A program made the translations under genes and the position numbers. Under the pieces are notes generated by a model. It made no database searches, had not been told where the DNA came from, and saw only the letters and a program-made list of their open reading frames with translations. A DNA stretch of 63,813 nucleotides, counting the filler, from Hyphochytrium catenoides (lineage: Eukaryota > Protista > Hyphochytriomycota): NCBI GenBank assembly GCA_900088475.1. It is 9 parts of 9 records of this genome, joined end to end, with 100 filler letters (N's around TTAATTAATTAA, not from the genome) between each part and the next. Parts side by side here need not be neighbours in the genome. Positions count along the whole stretch, not along the records: positions 9,376 to 21,395 come from FLMG01003505.1; positions 21,496 to 30,277 come from FLMG01004638.1; 7 more parts are not named here. One strand, written 5' to 3'. Shown one piece after another: positions 12,401-24,952 of the stretch (positions are counted from its first letter, which is position 1; each line of letters opens with the position of its first letter).

Positions 12401-15400
12401 AACTTACAGACTATGAAGCACCGGGCGCACATGATGATGGACCTTACGGCCTGTGTAATGCCCTACTTGGACCCAGAACGTCTGGAGCTGCTCTACAGAG
12501 TGCTCAAGCCGCAGGTAAGCAAAGAGGGAGACCATCTTTTTTACGTCTGTCATCTCCGCTACCATGTTACTGAAGACTCCTGCTTGCCATTCTTCCATGC
12601 TGTCCTTCAGATCAAGAGCGACCAAGACTCTCTGCTGCAAAAGAGGAGCTACAAGCTCCTTCTCATCCTTTGCGAGAGGCATGAGAGCTTTACAATGCAG
12701 CCCGAGAGGCTGAAGGATCTTTTGTCTCTCCTTTCTTCTTCTCTTCTTTCCTCCTCCGTCACAGCAAGAACCTTCCGCCTTCGTTGCCTTCAGTACATCG
12801 TGCGAGGGATGGATGTGAACGACGCTGAACAAATGAGGATCATTCCAGAGCTGCTGGGAGAGGTCATCCTGTGCAACAAGGAACCTAATGGCAAAGCAAG
12901 GTAATAGGAGATGGAAGTATTTCTTACTCTTCAGATCTTCCCACTCGCGCTTGGGCTATGTCTCTCATGGCTTCCCATTAGCCGTACTAACTCTTATGCC
13001 TTTATCTCCTTTTTCTCAGGGAAGCTGCCTTTGAACTCTTGGTCACGATGTCTAAGAAAGTCGAGGAGGCTGGAAAGGAACGAGGTGGCGGGTTGCCAGA
13101 GTTCTTTACGATGGTGTTGGGCTCACTTGCAGCCACCACGCCCCATATGAGAAGTGCAGGTGTTCTGTCGCTCTCTCGGCTTCTCTTCGAGTACTGGAAC
13201 CATCCAGAGGTAATAAGAAAAAGGGGAAAACTTTCTGATTTTGGCTGTTCTCTAGGAGTGCTTCTATCTTTCGCGGGCCTCCAGCGTTTGGCTGTTGTCT
13301 GCATTTACACTTTCCTCTCGGTGCACAGGGGATATTTGTCTCTGTCCTTCCCATGCGAGTCCCTATCTCTGTCTGACACTTTGTTAACCTCTTCCTTTTC
13401 ATTGTTGCCTTGTGCTCCACAACTGCAGATTGTAGAAATGTCTCCATCTCTCCTCCAGACAGTGCAACTTCTGCTGCAGGAGAAGGCGCGGGAGGTGATC
13501 AAGTCTGTCTTAGGATTTATAAAGCTCGCTGTAGCAGTAGTTCCTCAGGACAAATTGGAACCTCTTCTTCCCGATCTCATGCAGGTGCGTGCGCTCTTTG
13601 TCAATCTTCGCACTTGCTCATGACTTCTCCTTCTAAGTACGGACTCCCTTCTAAACTCTCTTGAGTCCCTTCTGGACTGCTGACCACTTGACGCCTTTCT
13701 CTGCTCTGTCGTGGCCTCTTGATGCCTCTTAAGCTTGGGCCTCTGGCTACCTCTCGACCCCTTTTTATCTCCTCATAGCCCTTCTTACATTGCTCTGTCC
13801 CTCCTTGTGTTGCTTTATAGGGCCTTCTCTCGTGGATCGGTGAGAGTAAGAATAGGTTCCGGACCAAGATTCGGTACATTATTGAGAAACTCTGCAAGAA
13901 GTTTGGCTACGACCATATCATGGACCTAGTGCCAGAGGCAGACAGAGCTCTTGTCAAGCATATAAAGAAAACCAAAGAGCGAGAGCAGAAGCAGAAAGAC
14001 AAGGGCAGGAGGTGAGAGGAGGCGGATATGAATATGATAGGTGGCTGGGTGTGTGTCTCCTTTTTCCTCGTATTTAGGCTGACTCCTGTCGCGCTTCCTC
14101 TCCTTGGGATGCTCTTTCTCATGCCCTTACCCATTACCTTTTATCCGTACAGTGGGAACGGCTTGGGAAGCTGGGAGGAAGAAATGGGGAGTGACTATGA
14201 GGGCAACACAGACGCAGAGGAGGAAGAGGCCCAAGTGCTTCAGAAGGGCAAGGGGAAGAAGAAGACAGCAGGTAAAATGAAGAAGACGGAAAGAGAGTGA
14301 TGGAGACATAGAGAAGAAAGGATAGGGGTAGCAGGAGATCTCCACAGCTTAAGAGAGACTGGACCACAACCAGACCCGGCAGACCTGATGGAAATAAGGA
14401 CTAGGCAGGGAGAAGGATTAGCTAAGAAAAGGACTGAAGAAAGATTCTTGCTCTCCCAGGCTCCTGGGTAAGGGAAGCGGCGTCAGACGGAGATGTGGTT
14501 GATTTCCTGGATGACTCTGTCGTGCGAAACGTACTGAACCGCAATCCGAACAAGAGAAACAGAGGAGGAGACAGCGACAGTGATCTGGAAGTAGCTGACG
14601 ACGGAAGGTAAGGGCCCCACTGTTGCCTTTTAGCAATGTCTTAGGGTTCGCCTCTAAGCGGAAGATCGTCCTATTCCTCAAATTCTCTCGTTCTCTTTCT
14701 TTCTTTCTGTCTCTCTTTCTCGCATTCGCTCTCTCTCGTACTCTCTCACTCCTTCTCTCTCTATCAATATTCCATCTCTATTGTTCCGAATATGAACCTA
14801 TAGAGCGCGCTTACTGACTTGCATTTCTCTCTCTCTCTCTCTGCCACCGTCTTTCTCTTATATTATCTAACTTTCCATCCCACGCAAACTGAACTTGGTC
14901 TCGCTGCCTCCCAGGATGATCATACCCGAGGATGATGATGATGAGAGTCTGAAGTCACGGGCGAGGTCCACCTTGACGGCTTTGGAAGGAATGTCCATCA
15001 GAGACGGAAAGTCCACCAAGAGCACAAACGGGAAGGTAAGGAAACGTTTTGCTGTCACATTTATCTTGACTTGCTCCCCTTGTCAAGCATTCTCTCTCTC
15101 TCCCTCTCATCTCTCTCTCTCTCTTTCTCTCCCTTTCCTCTCTCTCTCCCTTTCATCTTTTATCTCTTTCCCCTTCTCCTCTCTCGTGTGTCTCTCTTCC
15201 TATCCCCGAATAGATTGGCTGGACACATATTTATGGACGGCCTTAGCACTTCTCTTTGTGAGCTGGTAGTTTTCTCAACAAGCTGCTTCTGTTGTACCGT
15301 CCTTCACAGCTCCCTGATAATTCTGCTAGGGCTAACACACTCGAATCTCTCGTTCCCACCACGCTCTTTCTCTTGTCCCTCGCTCTCTGCACCGCACTCT

Positions 15401-15737
15401 CTTTGGTTGCCCGTTCCCACTTCATCACGTCCAGAAAAAGAGAAAACGCTCTGAGGATGAGGATGAGATTCGCACTGTGGGTGGTCGATCTGTAGGGAAC
15501 AAGTCGACAAAGTCATTGGGAGTGAAATCGAGAGGAGGACGATCCGCCGTCTCTGTGAAGCAGAGCGGGGAGGACTATAGAGCGAAGAAGGCGAAGGGAG
15601 ACGTCAAGAAGAAGGGAAAGTTCGAGCCGTACGCGTACCTTCCTCTCGACCCAAAGCTGCTGATGGGCAAGAAGGGCAGAAAGCAGGCAGTAAATGCCTT
15701 CAGCAAAGTTGGCAAGTTGAAGAGAGCAAGGAAGTAA
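9471..15737 (+). CDS. RRP12: RRP12-like ribosomal RNA processing protein (NUC173/HEAT repeats), multi-exon, 5' end in gap
   Basis: Spliced frame includes SDSRPK|VRKAAQQA, GSALEAMGPENFLSIVPL, SRAWLLPL, LWATFPSFC, YAKNFLPLLF, LQKRSYKLL, EVILCNKEPNGKAR, REVIKSVLGFIK, and the C-terminal YRAKKAKGDVKKKGKFEPYAYLPL motif. Stop TAA at 15735-15737. Confidence 0.93.
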
Positions 15738-16440
15738 TGCAATGGGGAGAAATCTCTCTCTTGCTCTCACTCTTCTCTCTCTTGTTCTCTCTCTCTTCTT
15801 TTTCTACTACTTCTCGCCTTTCGTTCACCTCTTTCATCATTCCTCCTCTCTTGCACGCTGTAAGTTAGTCGTCCTTGTACTATTTAAAAGACTAATGCAA
15901 GCCGCCATATCTGCACCCACTAAGGGAAAAGTTATCTCTCTCCTAAAGCTGGAGGGGCAGAGTTTTAGTGTGACAAGGGCTCAGTCCAATGGACAGAGAC
16001 AGGCTGAGATTAGAGAAGGAGAAGAGGACAAGGAATTGGATGCGGACCAAGGTCGGAACAGGGACTCTGAAGAGCCTGAGAAGGGTGGTCGTACCCAGTA
16101 AGGAGGGAGGAAAGGAACAGCAGAAGAGGTGCTCTTCTGTACATTTAACATAAATAATAGGAGGCAACCACCTGGCATCTTCTGTTTTCTCTACCTTTTT
16201 CCAACTTATACTCTCACTATTCTATTCTTCAACACTGCTTACTAGTTCCTGCTTGCTTGCAGTGCTGCTGCATCTTCAAGTCATGGCCAACTGAGCGAGG
16301 ACGTCTAGAGATATTTTGACATGTGTCCGAGCTCGCAAGAGGCACCGAATAGGAGACGGGAGAAACGCAGTGGGGGAAGATGGCGAGAAACGTGGAAGCT
16401 AGAAGGAGATGGGGCAAGAAAATCTACGAGGCAGCGAATC

Positions 16441-19400
16441 CTAGCGTTTGAGCTTCTTCTTCGTCCGTTGGCCCTGACCGCCTCTTCCCTTCGTGTGCCG
16501 CTCCTCCCATCTCATCTGCAGACCAAAGCAAGGCAAACGTCAGCCAGACAGCAAGAAAGGACAGGAAATAAGTGGGCAGGCTGGTTTAGACAGCCCTGAG
16601 GGTGGCAGCGGGACGGCGGTAAGTAGGAAGAGACGTGGAAAGGCTCACCTGCTTCACGTTCGCATCTTCTGAGCCAGCCTTCGCCAGGATCTCCTCAAAT
16701 TCTGAGGCATCAGCAAACACGGAAGAGGACTTTCTTTTCCCTGTCGAGGTCTGTGCACTTTTCTTTCCTTTTCTACCCTTCTCTTCTCTGTCTTCTTCTT
16801 CTTCTTCACTATCGGCAGCGTCGAACCCTTCTGTCTCTTCCAAGTCACTGTCATCGTCTTGCCCAGCTGCAAAACTTGGGAAGCCATCCTCTTCCTCCAT
16901 GCCTTCTGCATCACTGCTCTCTGAGCCATCATCACCGAACTGAGACAATCCACGGGAAAATGGTGATTTGGGAAGGAGAAAGGGAGAAACGGAGAATAGA
17001 GTGAGTAAGTTGACTGTGACGAACCTAAGCGGCCAGGGCATGTGAGACTCGCAGCAGCATTTTCTAAGCGACAAAGAAGGTAGTGCAATCTTCATGAGGA
17101 AAACAGGAGAGAAGAAGACCAACTGGAATTGATGAACAGCATCAACGAAATGTGCCCTCTTGGTCTTACCATCATTGCCTCCTCATCTCCACTCCGCAAG
17201 CCCTTCTTTCCACCCATGGAGATCAGTGCAACCTCGCTGTCATCGTCGCTCTCCTCGCCGAAACTGCCTAGATCCCCATCGTCCTCCTCTTCTTCATCAT
17301 CTTCGCCTTCTTCCGCCGGAGATTTCTCTCCGTCGCCTTCCTCCTCATCACTCGTGAGGTCTCCGAAGTCTACATCTTCATCGTCGTGGTTTCCTTCTTG
17401 CATCAAGTCTTCAGCAAGTTTCCGAGCGAAGGCCTCGTACTCGCTGTCCTCTGCACGACATTGGAGGGATCACGGATGAGAGACACGATGGCCGAAACAA
17501 ATGAGGCTGACAAACAGAGAAGAGACATTCCTAGGACTTGCAAATGCCAGAATGCTGGAATCGAGACATTGCTATCCCTCATGCCTTCCTCCTGCCCAAC
17601 TCTGCCTGTAAATCTCTTCATCTGCCTTACCCTGATGTCCCTCTATGATCACTATCCCACGGGCACATCTTGATGCCGATCAGTTCTCTCCCCGCTACTC
17701 TCCGCCTCCTCTCGTTACTCTTCTCCTTTCGCGGCAACCACCAATCCCTAGACCGTCGACTTTCAACCTTTATCTCTGCCTCTCTCTTTCGTTGTATGCA
17801 TCGATGACTATTGATCAGATAGGATTGTCCTCTGGGCTTTCTCTTGGCGGTGAACTCAACTCACCTTCATCGCTGAAGTTATAGTCTCCACTCTTTAGCT
17901 TCTCAGACCTCTCCTGATATTCTGTATCGCTCACGTCTTCCAGCACGTCCAAATCCTGGTTATCATCCTTACGCTTCGTCTCTGCAGGCCCTGTGTCAGC
18001 AACTAAGCCGGTCAGCACTGCCAGATTTGAGGGCAATCAAGATGTATATCGAGAGATGGAAGGACTGCCCAGCCTGGCTTTCCCGACTAGTACGTTAAGG
18101 GTTTGAGTGGCAACGCTGGGGAAAGCATTGAGATAGGAGATGCAAAAGGAGAAAGTGATAGGAACAGCAGCTTGAGACAAGTGGCCTTAGCTTTAGGGTT
18201 CTTACTCTTTCTGCGCTCCAGCTCCTTCTTGTCCTTGAAGAATTTGTAGAAGAAGCGCTCAGAGTGCTCTATTTGTCCCTCGGTCTTCTCTAAGAAGGCG
18301 TTGGAGTTCACTGGCTCCTGGCCCTTAGGCTTTGCCGCGCCCATACCCTTCTTGGGAACATCCTTACTCTTCGGATTCTTATAAGAGAACCTATCCAGGA
18401 AGGCAATAAGAGAGAAGTCTTGGAGAGGATCTCCTTTGTAAGAGATTTCATGTGGTGGCGAGAGAAGTGACAGAGCGAACTGCTGTACGGATGGATGGTA
18501 GTGCTGTGCGAGCTCGCCCAGCTCCCACATGCAGGACGTCTCGGCATGGGCAAAGAGGGGCTCTCTCTTCTTGGGATCGTACTCTGTTCCTTCATCTTTT
18601 CCTGTCCCTTCCTTCTTATTGTCTCCATCCTTTGTTTCCACTAAAGCTTGCTCTCCGTCATCTTTGTCCGACATTGCATCTGGTTCGGAAGTGGCTGTTG
18701 CTCTTTCTTCGTCTTTATCGGGGCCACGGTTATCAGCTGCCTCCTCCAACTGCCGCTCTTTGGGGCCAGAGAAAAGACTCTTGATACCAGGCTTTACCTG
18801 TATATACAGAGTCCAAACCAAGAGTTGACAAGTTTGCCCCGCCAAGGGAACAACCAGAGAGTCAGAAAAAGGATGGAAAAGCATAACTGTTAGGCTACAC
18901 GGGCAGGAAAGAACTAAGTACTTAAGCAGCAGCAGCAATTGGCCTTCCAGATAGAGCCGATAATACCCATGGGGCGGCCCCACCTCAGTGCCATCGAGAT
19001 ACGGGCTCAGGGAAAAATATGCGCATGAGAGCGGCAGATGGCGATAGGACGAGTTCTGCACAGAAAAGCTTAAGGCAGCCACCGACCTTAAATATTTCTG
19101 ATAAGAGAACCAGACTTGCAGCGGCAAAGGATGCTTTGAGATGCAGAGACACCTGCAAAAGCCTCTTTGCAAAGGCTTCTACCCTCTCTATTGACGTGTC
19201 AGCCTTCATAGATCTGTACAGCAGGTTCAAGAACAGTGTGTGTTTGCTGGACTCTCCCAGTGCAGGATCCAGGAGCTTGGCGTACAGCGCACGGTAGAAA
19301 CGCTCCGAGATGGAACGCGTGGCGTTTGTGACCTGAGCAGACCATGCGAGATAATAAATGCCAGGCATGGTCAGGAAAGACATCCAAAGACGGGTTCAGG

Positions 19401-21395
19401 TAACCACGAAAGAGACAGCAAAGGAGAATTGCGAGTGCCGCTATTTCAAGCAGTGAGTCAAGGAGACAGACATACGTAGAGAGAGAAGGAGAGAGAGAGA
19501 GTGAGAAAGAGAGAGACCAAATGTAGAGAATGGGGAGGAAAAGGAGGCACAATGTTAAGATTGAACCGCATGGGAAGGCACAGGGCAGAGATCAATATAA
19601 GAGCTCGTCAGCCTCCTGCTTGGGAGTCTATTCCTAGATGCCCTCACCTGTAGGAGGAGCATGAGCCCCTGAACAGCAGTGGAGAAAGGAGCCCGGTGCA
19701 CGAGGCGGAAGAGAGTGCTGACGTGACTTTCAAATTCCTCTCCTTGCGTCTCGGCATAAGGAAAGGCGCGGTTCACCCCAGTCAAGAGCGCAGAGAGCAT
19801 CCGCGAGTGGTTCGTTAACTCCTTATCCTCCTTCTCCTCTATCTGTTTTCCGCTTTTCTTGTTGTTCTTCCCCATTCTCTTGCCCTTCCTCTCTTTACTG
19901 TCTCTTCCGTTCTTCGTCTCGTTCTCCGCGCTAGCGATGTATCTCTCAAAGAGTCGAAAGTAGAGAGCAATGAGGTGGCGAGCCAGCTGTTGGTCCATTT
20001 CGGAAAGAAAGATCTGGTTCAGGCAGATGACGGCGCAGTATTCTGCCCTTCCGGAGAGATTGGGCCGGAGCAGAAACTGTTCTACTTCTGTGACCACAAC
20101 TCTCTTCATTGCTGGGTGCTCTGTCATCAGCTGCTGCAGAAGAAAGACAGCCTTAGACGATATTTTCCTCTCGGGATCTCCCAGCTTATTCACCAGCAGC
20201 AGAAGGAGAGCTTTCTCCTGCTCTGGCTTGCTCTTCAGCAGCTCGAAGGCTATGTTCATACACGTGCGCTTGTAGTGCTCCAGGTTGTCTCCCATGCCTC
20301 TCTCTAGGATCGCTACGAACTGGGCGAAGGCCTGCTTCACGGCATTCTCAAAGTAGAAGAGGACTAACTGTTTCTTATACGAGGAACCAGCAGGATTCTC
20401 ACCCTCTCTAACTTTCTGGCCGTCTGCTTCCTCTCCCTGGAGAAGCGGCTGGTCCTTAAGAAACCTCAGTTTACGGTCTGGCAGAATATTGTTTAGATAA
20501 AGGTCGGAGAGGGCCTCCAACGCCATCTGACTCTCTCTCCTTCCCTTGCTCCAACCCATAGACGTGAGCTGCTGCAGGTATTGGAGGCGATGCACAGGAC
20601 TCTCCTGCACCAGAAGAGTAAGAGCAGCAATTTTGTCCGAGAGAGTACCCGAGCGGAGCATCTGGAGAAGCATTCTGTCATCGTTGTTCATCCTCGCTCT
20701 CTTGCTCTTCTCATATCTTTCTATCTCGGTGGTGTACACCCCCTCGGCCTCGTTCTTCTGTTTCTCTAGCGCGCTGTCCAGCTTCTCTTTCCTCTTTCTC
20801 TCCCTCTCCAGCTGCTTGGGATGCATCTTCTTCTTTTTGTCCTTCTCTCCTTCAGTCTGCGTGGCCGCCGCAGCGGGTACAAGCCTGGTCTTTATAGTGT
20901 ACCAGCGGACCCCATCCTCCACCTCTTTCTCTAATAAATATGCCGGACCCCGGGCGCCACCTTCTCCTTCTCCAGCCTTCCCTGCTTGGCCCTTAGGAAG
21001 AGCACTAGTCCTCGCCTTTTGCTTTGAGGAGAGCGCCCCTCCGTCATCGAAGCGCATGTGCTTGCCGCCATTAGCGGCTTGTGTGGGCTTGTCTTCCTCC
21101 TTCTTAGAACTAATAGGAGGCTGAGTCTTTCCGGCGCCAATCTCTCCCTTTTGTTGTTGCTTTACTCGGCTTTGCTGCTCTTTCTTCTCCTTTCCTGTTG
21201 CTCCATTTGCCACTGAAGAGCCAGGATGCGGTGGCACTTTCTTGTTATCTGCTTGGCGCGGCTTGGGTTTCACTCGCCCATTGCCAGAGGGCGCAGCTGA
21301 CGAGGCAGCTTTCTGCTTCTTTTCTTCTCCGTCTTGTCTGTGATTCTTCCCTTTCACGCCATTGCCTACGAGCCCCAGCTGTGAGAGGACATCGC
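16441..21395 (-). CDS. CEBPZ: NOC1/MAK21/CEBPZ ribosome-biogenesis protein (CBF/Mak21 domain), 5' end in gap
   Basis: GTLSDKIAALTLLVQESPVH, KPEQEKALLLLLVNKLGDPERKISSKA, LLTGVNRAFPY, RFYRALYAKLLD, YDPKKREPLFAHA, HYHPSV, YKGDPLQDFSLIAFLDRFSYKNPK, acidic tail, FADASEFEEIL; last exon MRWEERHTKG...KKKLKR* ends at 16441. Confidence 0.95.
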
Positions 21396-21439
21396 NNNNN
21401 NNNNNNNNNNNNNNNNNNNNNNNNNNNNNNNNNNNNNNN

Positions 21440-21451
21440 TTAATTAATTAA
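21440..21451. other. Artificial contig-join spacer TTAATTAATTAA
   Basis: Same N-flanked spacer. Confidence 0.95.
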
Positions 21452-21567
21452 NNNNNNNNNNNNNNNNNNNNNNNNNNNNNNNNNNNNNNNNNNNNAGAGA
21501 GAGAGAGAGAGGGAGAAGAGAGCGTGGTTCTGACCATACTAACAATAACTTCAACTCATCCCCACAG

Positions 21568-21810
21568 CGTGGGGTTATCGAACGTCTAAGGCCCAGTAAA
21601 GCAATCAGAATCCCGGCGGAACGCCCTAGGCAAATGAGACTCAAACAACGAACTGGCCGGCGTCCTGGGGGAATCTCTTAGGGACCGTTAGGCTATGGAG
21701 GCCTATGAACTGCTAATGGCCAGGTCCAAAAACCGTTTCATCCGTGCCACACCGAAGCAAAAAGTGTCAATGCTTAAGGTTAAAACCTTAGCAATAGTGA
21801 CACGTTTCTA
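21568..21810 (+). pseudogene. Possible decayed exon or repeat fragment
   Basis: ctaac...cag acceptor, then a frame VGLSNV*GPVKQSESRRNALGK*DSNNELAGVLGESLRDR*AMEAYELLMARSKNRFIRATPKQKVSMLKVKTLAIVTRF* with three internal stops. No homology recognised. Confidence 0.3.
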
Positions 21811-22034
21811 AGAGGAAGGCTGCAGAAGTTTTATGGGAAGAGACAGAGAGAGAGAGAGAAAAACTAAGAGAGAGAGAAAAGAGAGAAAGAGAGAGACAAA
21901 GAGAGAGAGACAGGGAGAGAGAGTAGAAAGAGAAAAGAGGAAGAAAGAAGAGAGAGAGAGAGAGAAGAGAGAGAGAAAAAGAGAGACAGAGAGAGAGAAA
22001 GAGAGAGAGAGAAGAACGGGAAAGAGGAAGAAAG

Positions 22035-22072
<38 letters not shown>

Positions 22073-22412
22073 TTGGAGAGAGAGAAAAAAGAGAGAATGT
22101 CAAGAGGTGAGCGCGAGAGGAGAGAGAAGAGAAAAGAGAGAGAATGGGCGGGAGGAGAGAGGGTAGAGTGATGAGAAGCGCACGCTGTTGAAACGACACA
22201 GTGGGAAAGGCCATTCCTAAGGAGAGACACGGGAACAGCTTTCTGCGAGAGCGTAAGAAGAGAGAGAGAGCGCCGGCAAGAGAAAGAAACCGAGAAAGAG
22301 AGAGAGAGAGAGAACGAGAGGGAAAGCTAGAGGAAGAGGCATAAGCAGTTGTCAAGTGCGGATCGCAGGAGGGGAGGCAGTGAAGATAGAGGCACAGAGG
22401 GGGAAGAAGAGA

Positions 22413-22482
<70 letters not shown>

Positions 22483-22795
22483 AAGAGAGAGATTTAGAGA
22501 GAGAGAGAGCGAAGAAGGAGAGACAATTCCCCAGAGCTCAGCAGTAAGTGCCTGGAAGTAGATGTCCTCTCGATTCTTTTGGGGATACTTCTCCTGAAAG
22601 TTGAAGCTTCTTCTATTAACGGCGCTATCTTGGCTTCTCTTTCTCTCTTTCTCTCTCTCTTTAGCACCCCGATAATCTCTTCTCTCTCTTCTCCCGGTCT
22701 ATGGCGCTAAGTTCTAACCCAACAGGTTGAGACGAGACAGAGAGAGAGAGGGAGAGATTAAGCTCACAGAAGATAGAGGAAGGCTGTCCAAAAAG

Positions 22796-23169
22796 ATGAC
22801 AGGGAGAGGGAAGAGAGTCAGAGATGTTCTCTCTTTGTCTTTCTCTCTCTCTCTGGTAACCTTCTTTCCTCTTTCTGCTGGGAATCTATTGGACTTTGCC
22901 TCGATAAGTCAGCGATGTGACAGCTCCAAGCAGTTCCTGGACACGTCCTCTCTCTCCTGCGTAGACTGTGCTTCCATTCATGAGTTCTTGGTAAGGCGAA
23001 CCCACTGGGGAGAGAGAGAGAGAAGGAGAGAGAGAGAGAGAAGGAGACAAAGAAGAGAGAGAGAAATAATAGAGATACCCGTAGCGAAAGAGAGAAGGAA
23101 ATCGACAAAGAGAGGGAGCCGCTGGACAGTAAGTGAATATAAATCTGTCGATCTCTCTCTGATCTCTCC

Positions 23170-23228
<59 letters not shown>

Positions 23229-23795
23229 CTTTCTCTCTCTCTCTTTCCTCCTCTCTCTCTTTTCGTCTCTCTTGTTCTCTTTTCTTCAGGTGCCAGATTT
23301 GGGTCAGACCGACCTACTGGGAAATGCGCTGGGATGCACCTGCAGGTGCGTCAAGGATTATGGACTCTTTCTCTCCCGTGAAAGATCGGTTTTCTTTCAA
23401 TCTCCCTCTCGTGCAAATTAGACGAGGGACTATTTCTCTCTCTTTCTCTTTTCCTTTCTCTCTCTTTGTCTCTCTTATTCTTCTACGCTGCTTGGTCTCT
23501 CACATCCTCTCTCTTTGCGAACTGTGAATATTCGTCTCCATCTTAATCTCTCCCTCTTTATCTGTCTTTGTCTTTAGCACCTTTAGTCGCTCTCTCTCTC
23601 TCTCTCTTTTTTCTCTCTAATCGGAGATCATTGGTACCCCAGTCTCTCTTTCCCTTTTCCTCTGTCTCCTTCTGTGGCTCCCTTCCTCACTGACCTGTCG
23701 TATTTTCTCTTTCTCTCACACTGGCCTCCTCTCCTCCCCCTCCCCCTCCGTCTCTCTTCTCTCTCTCTCTCTGTCTCTCTCTCTGTCTCTCTCTC

Positions 23796-23828
<33 letters not shown>

Positions 23829-24053
23829 AGACCTGGATATATCTTCTCTCCTTCCTCCTGTTCCCTGAGCGCTCCCGCTCTGTGTCCCTCTGCTCTCCAG
23901 TGCCTCTCTTGTCCTCCTTCCTCTCCCTCCAGCAGCGCCGACCGCTCTGTCTGTCTCCCCTGCCGCGGGTCCAGCGTCTTTGACCAGAAACTAGGAGAAT
24001 GCCGCTGCCCCGCTGACCAGATCCTCGTAGAGAGAAATGCGGTAAGAGAGAGA

Positions 24054-24098
<45 letters not shown>

Positions 24099-24917
24099 AG
24101 AAAGACAGGGGTGGGATTGTGGAGCGAGCGAGCGAGAGAGAGAGAGAGAGAAGAAAGCGTGAAAGAGAGAGAGAAAACGAGACATAGGGTAATTGATGCC
24201 AAAGTGCACAAGAGGCATGGAGAGAGGGTGGGAGGACACCAGACAAAGAAAGGAGGGCCTATGAATGACAGAGAGAGAGGAAAAGAGAGAGAGAGAGAAA
24301 GAGGGAGAGAACGAGAGAATTGAGGGAGTGAAATATGACAGAAATAGTGAGATTATGGCTGCGGGGAATAACTGTTTTGAGGAGATGGCACAATGCACTT
24401 TGACTTGACTATTTTCTCTCATTCTTCCTCTCGCCCTCCCTCTGTCTGGCTCTCTCCTCTTTTCTCTTTGCACCTTGACTTGACTGTTTTCTCTCTTTCT
24501 CTCTCTCTCTCTTCGTTCGTCTGGCCTTCTCTTCTTCCTCTTTCCTTCTTTCCCACTCCTCTCAGGATGGAACGTTAGCCTCGGAGAAGACTTGTCGCCC
24601 TTGTTCCTCAAATTCGAAAGTGTTTATTGCGTCTGACAGTGCAGTGATTTCCGGAAAGAGGCTTGCTGACCCTTATCAATGTCAGGTATGATTGTCTCTC
24701 TCTCTCTCTCTTCCTCTCTGTCTTTCTCTCTCTCTCTCTTTCTCTCTCTCTTCTCTTTCTCTCACACACATCTTTGAATGGGCTCCGTTTCCACCGTCCT
24801 CCGTACTTTCATCGACCTCCCTTCTCCATCTACAGCTTGGCTTCCTCTTCCCTTTCTCTTCCTTCTCCCTCACTTTTTCCCCTCATATCTCTCTCTCTCT
24901 CTCTCTCTCTATCTCCC

Positions 24918-24952
<35 letters not shown>

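Noticed and set aside
18180-18210. Non-canonical GC donor in CEBPZ (AAG|gccac)
   Set aside because: A canonical A|gtaaga donor just upstream gives the correct phase.
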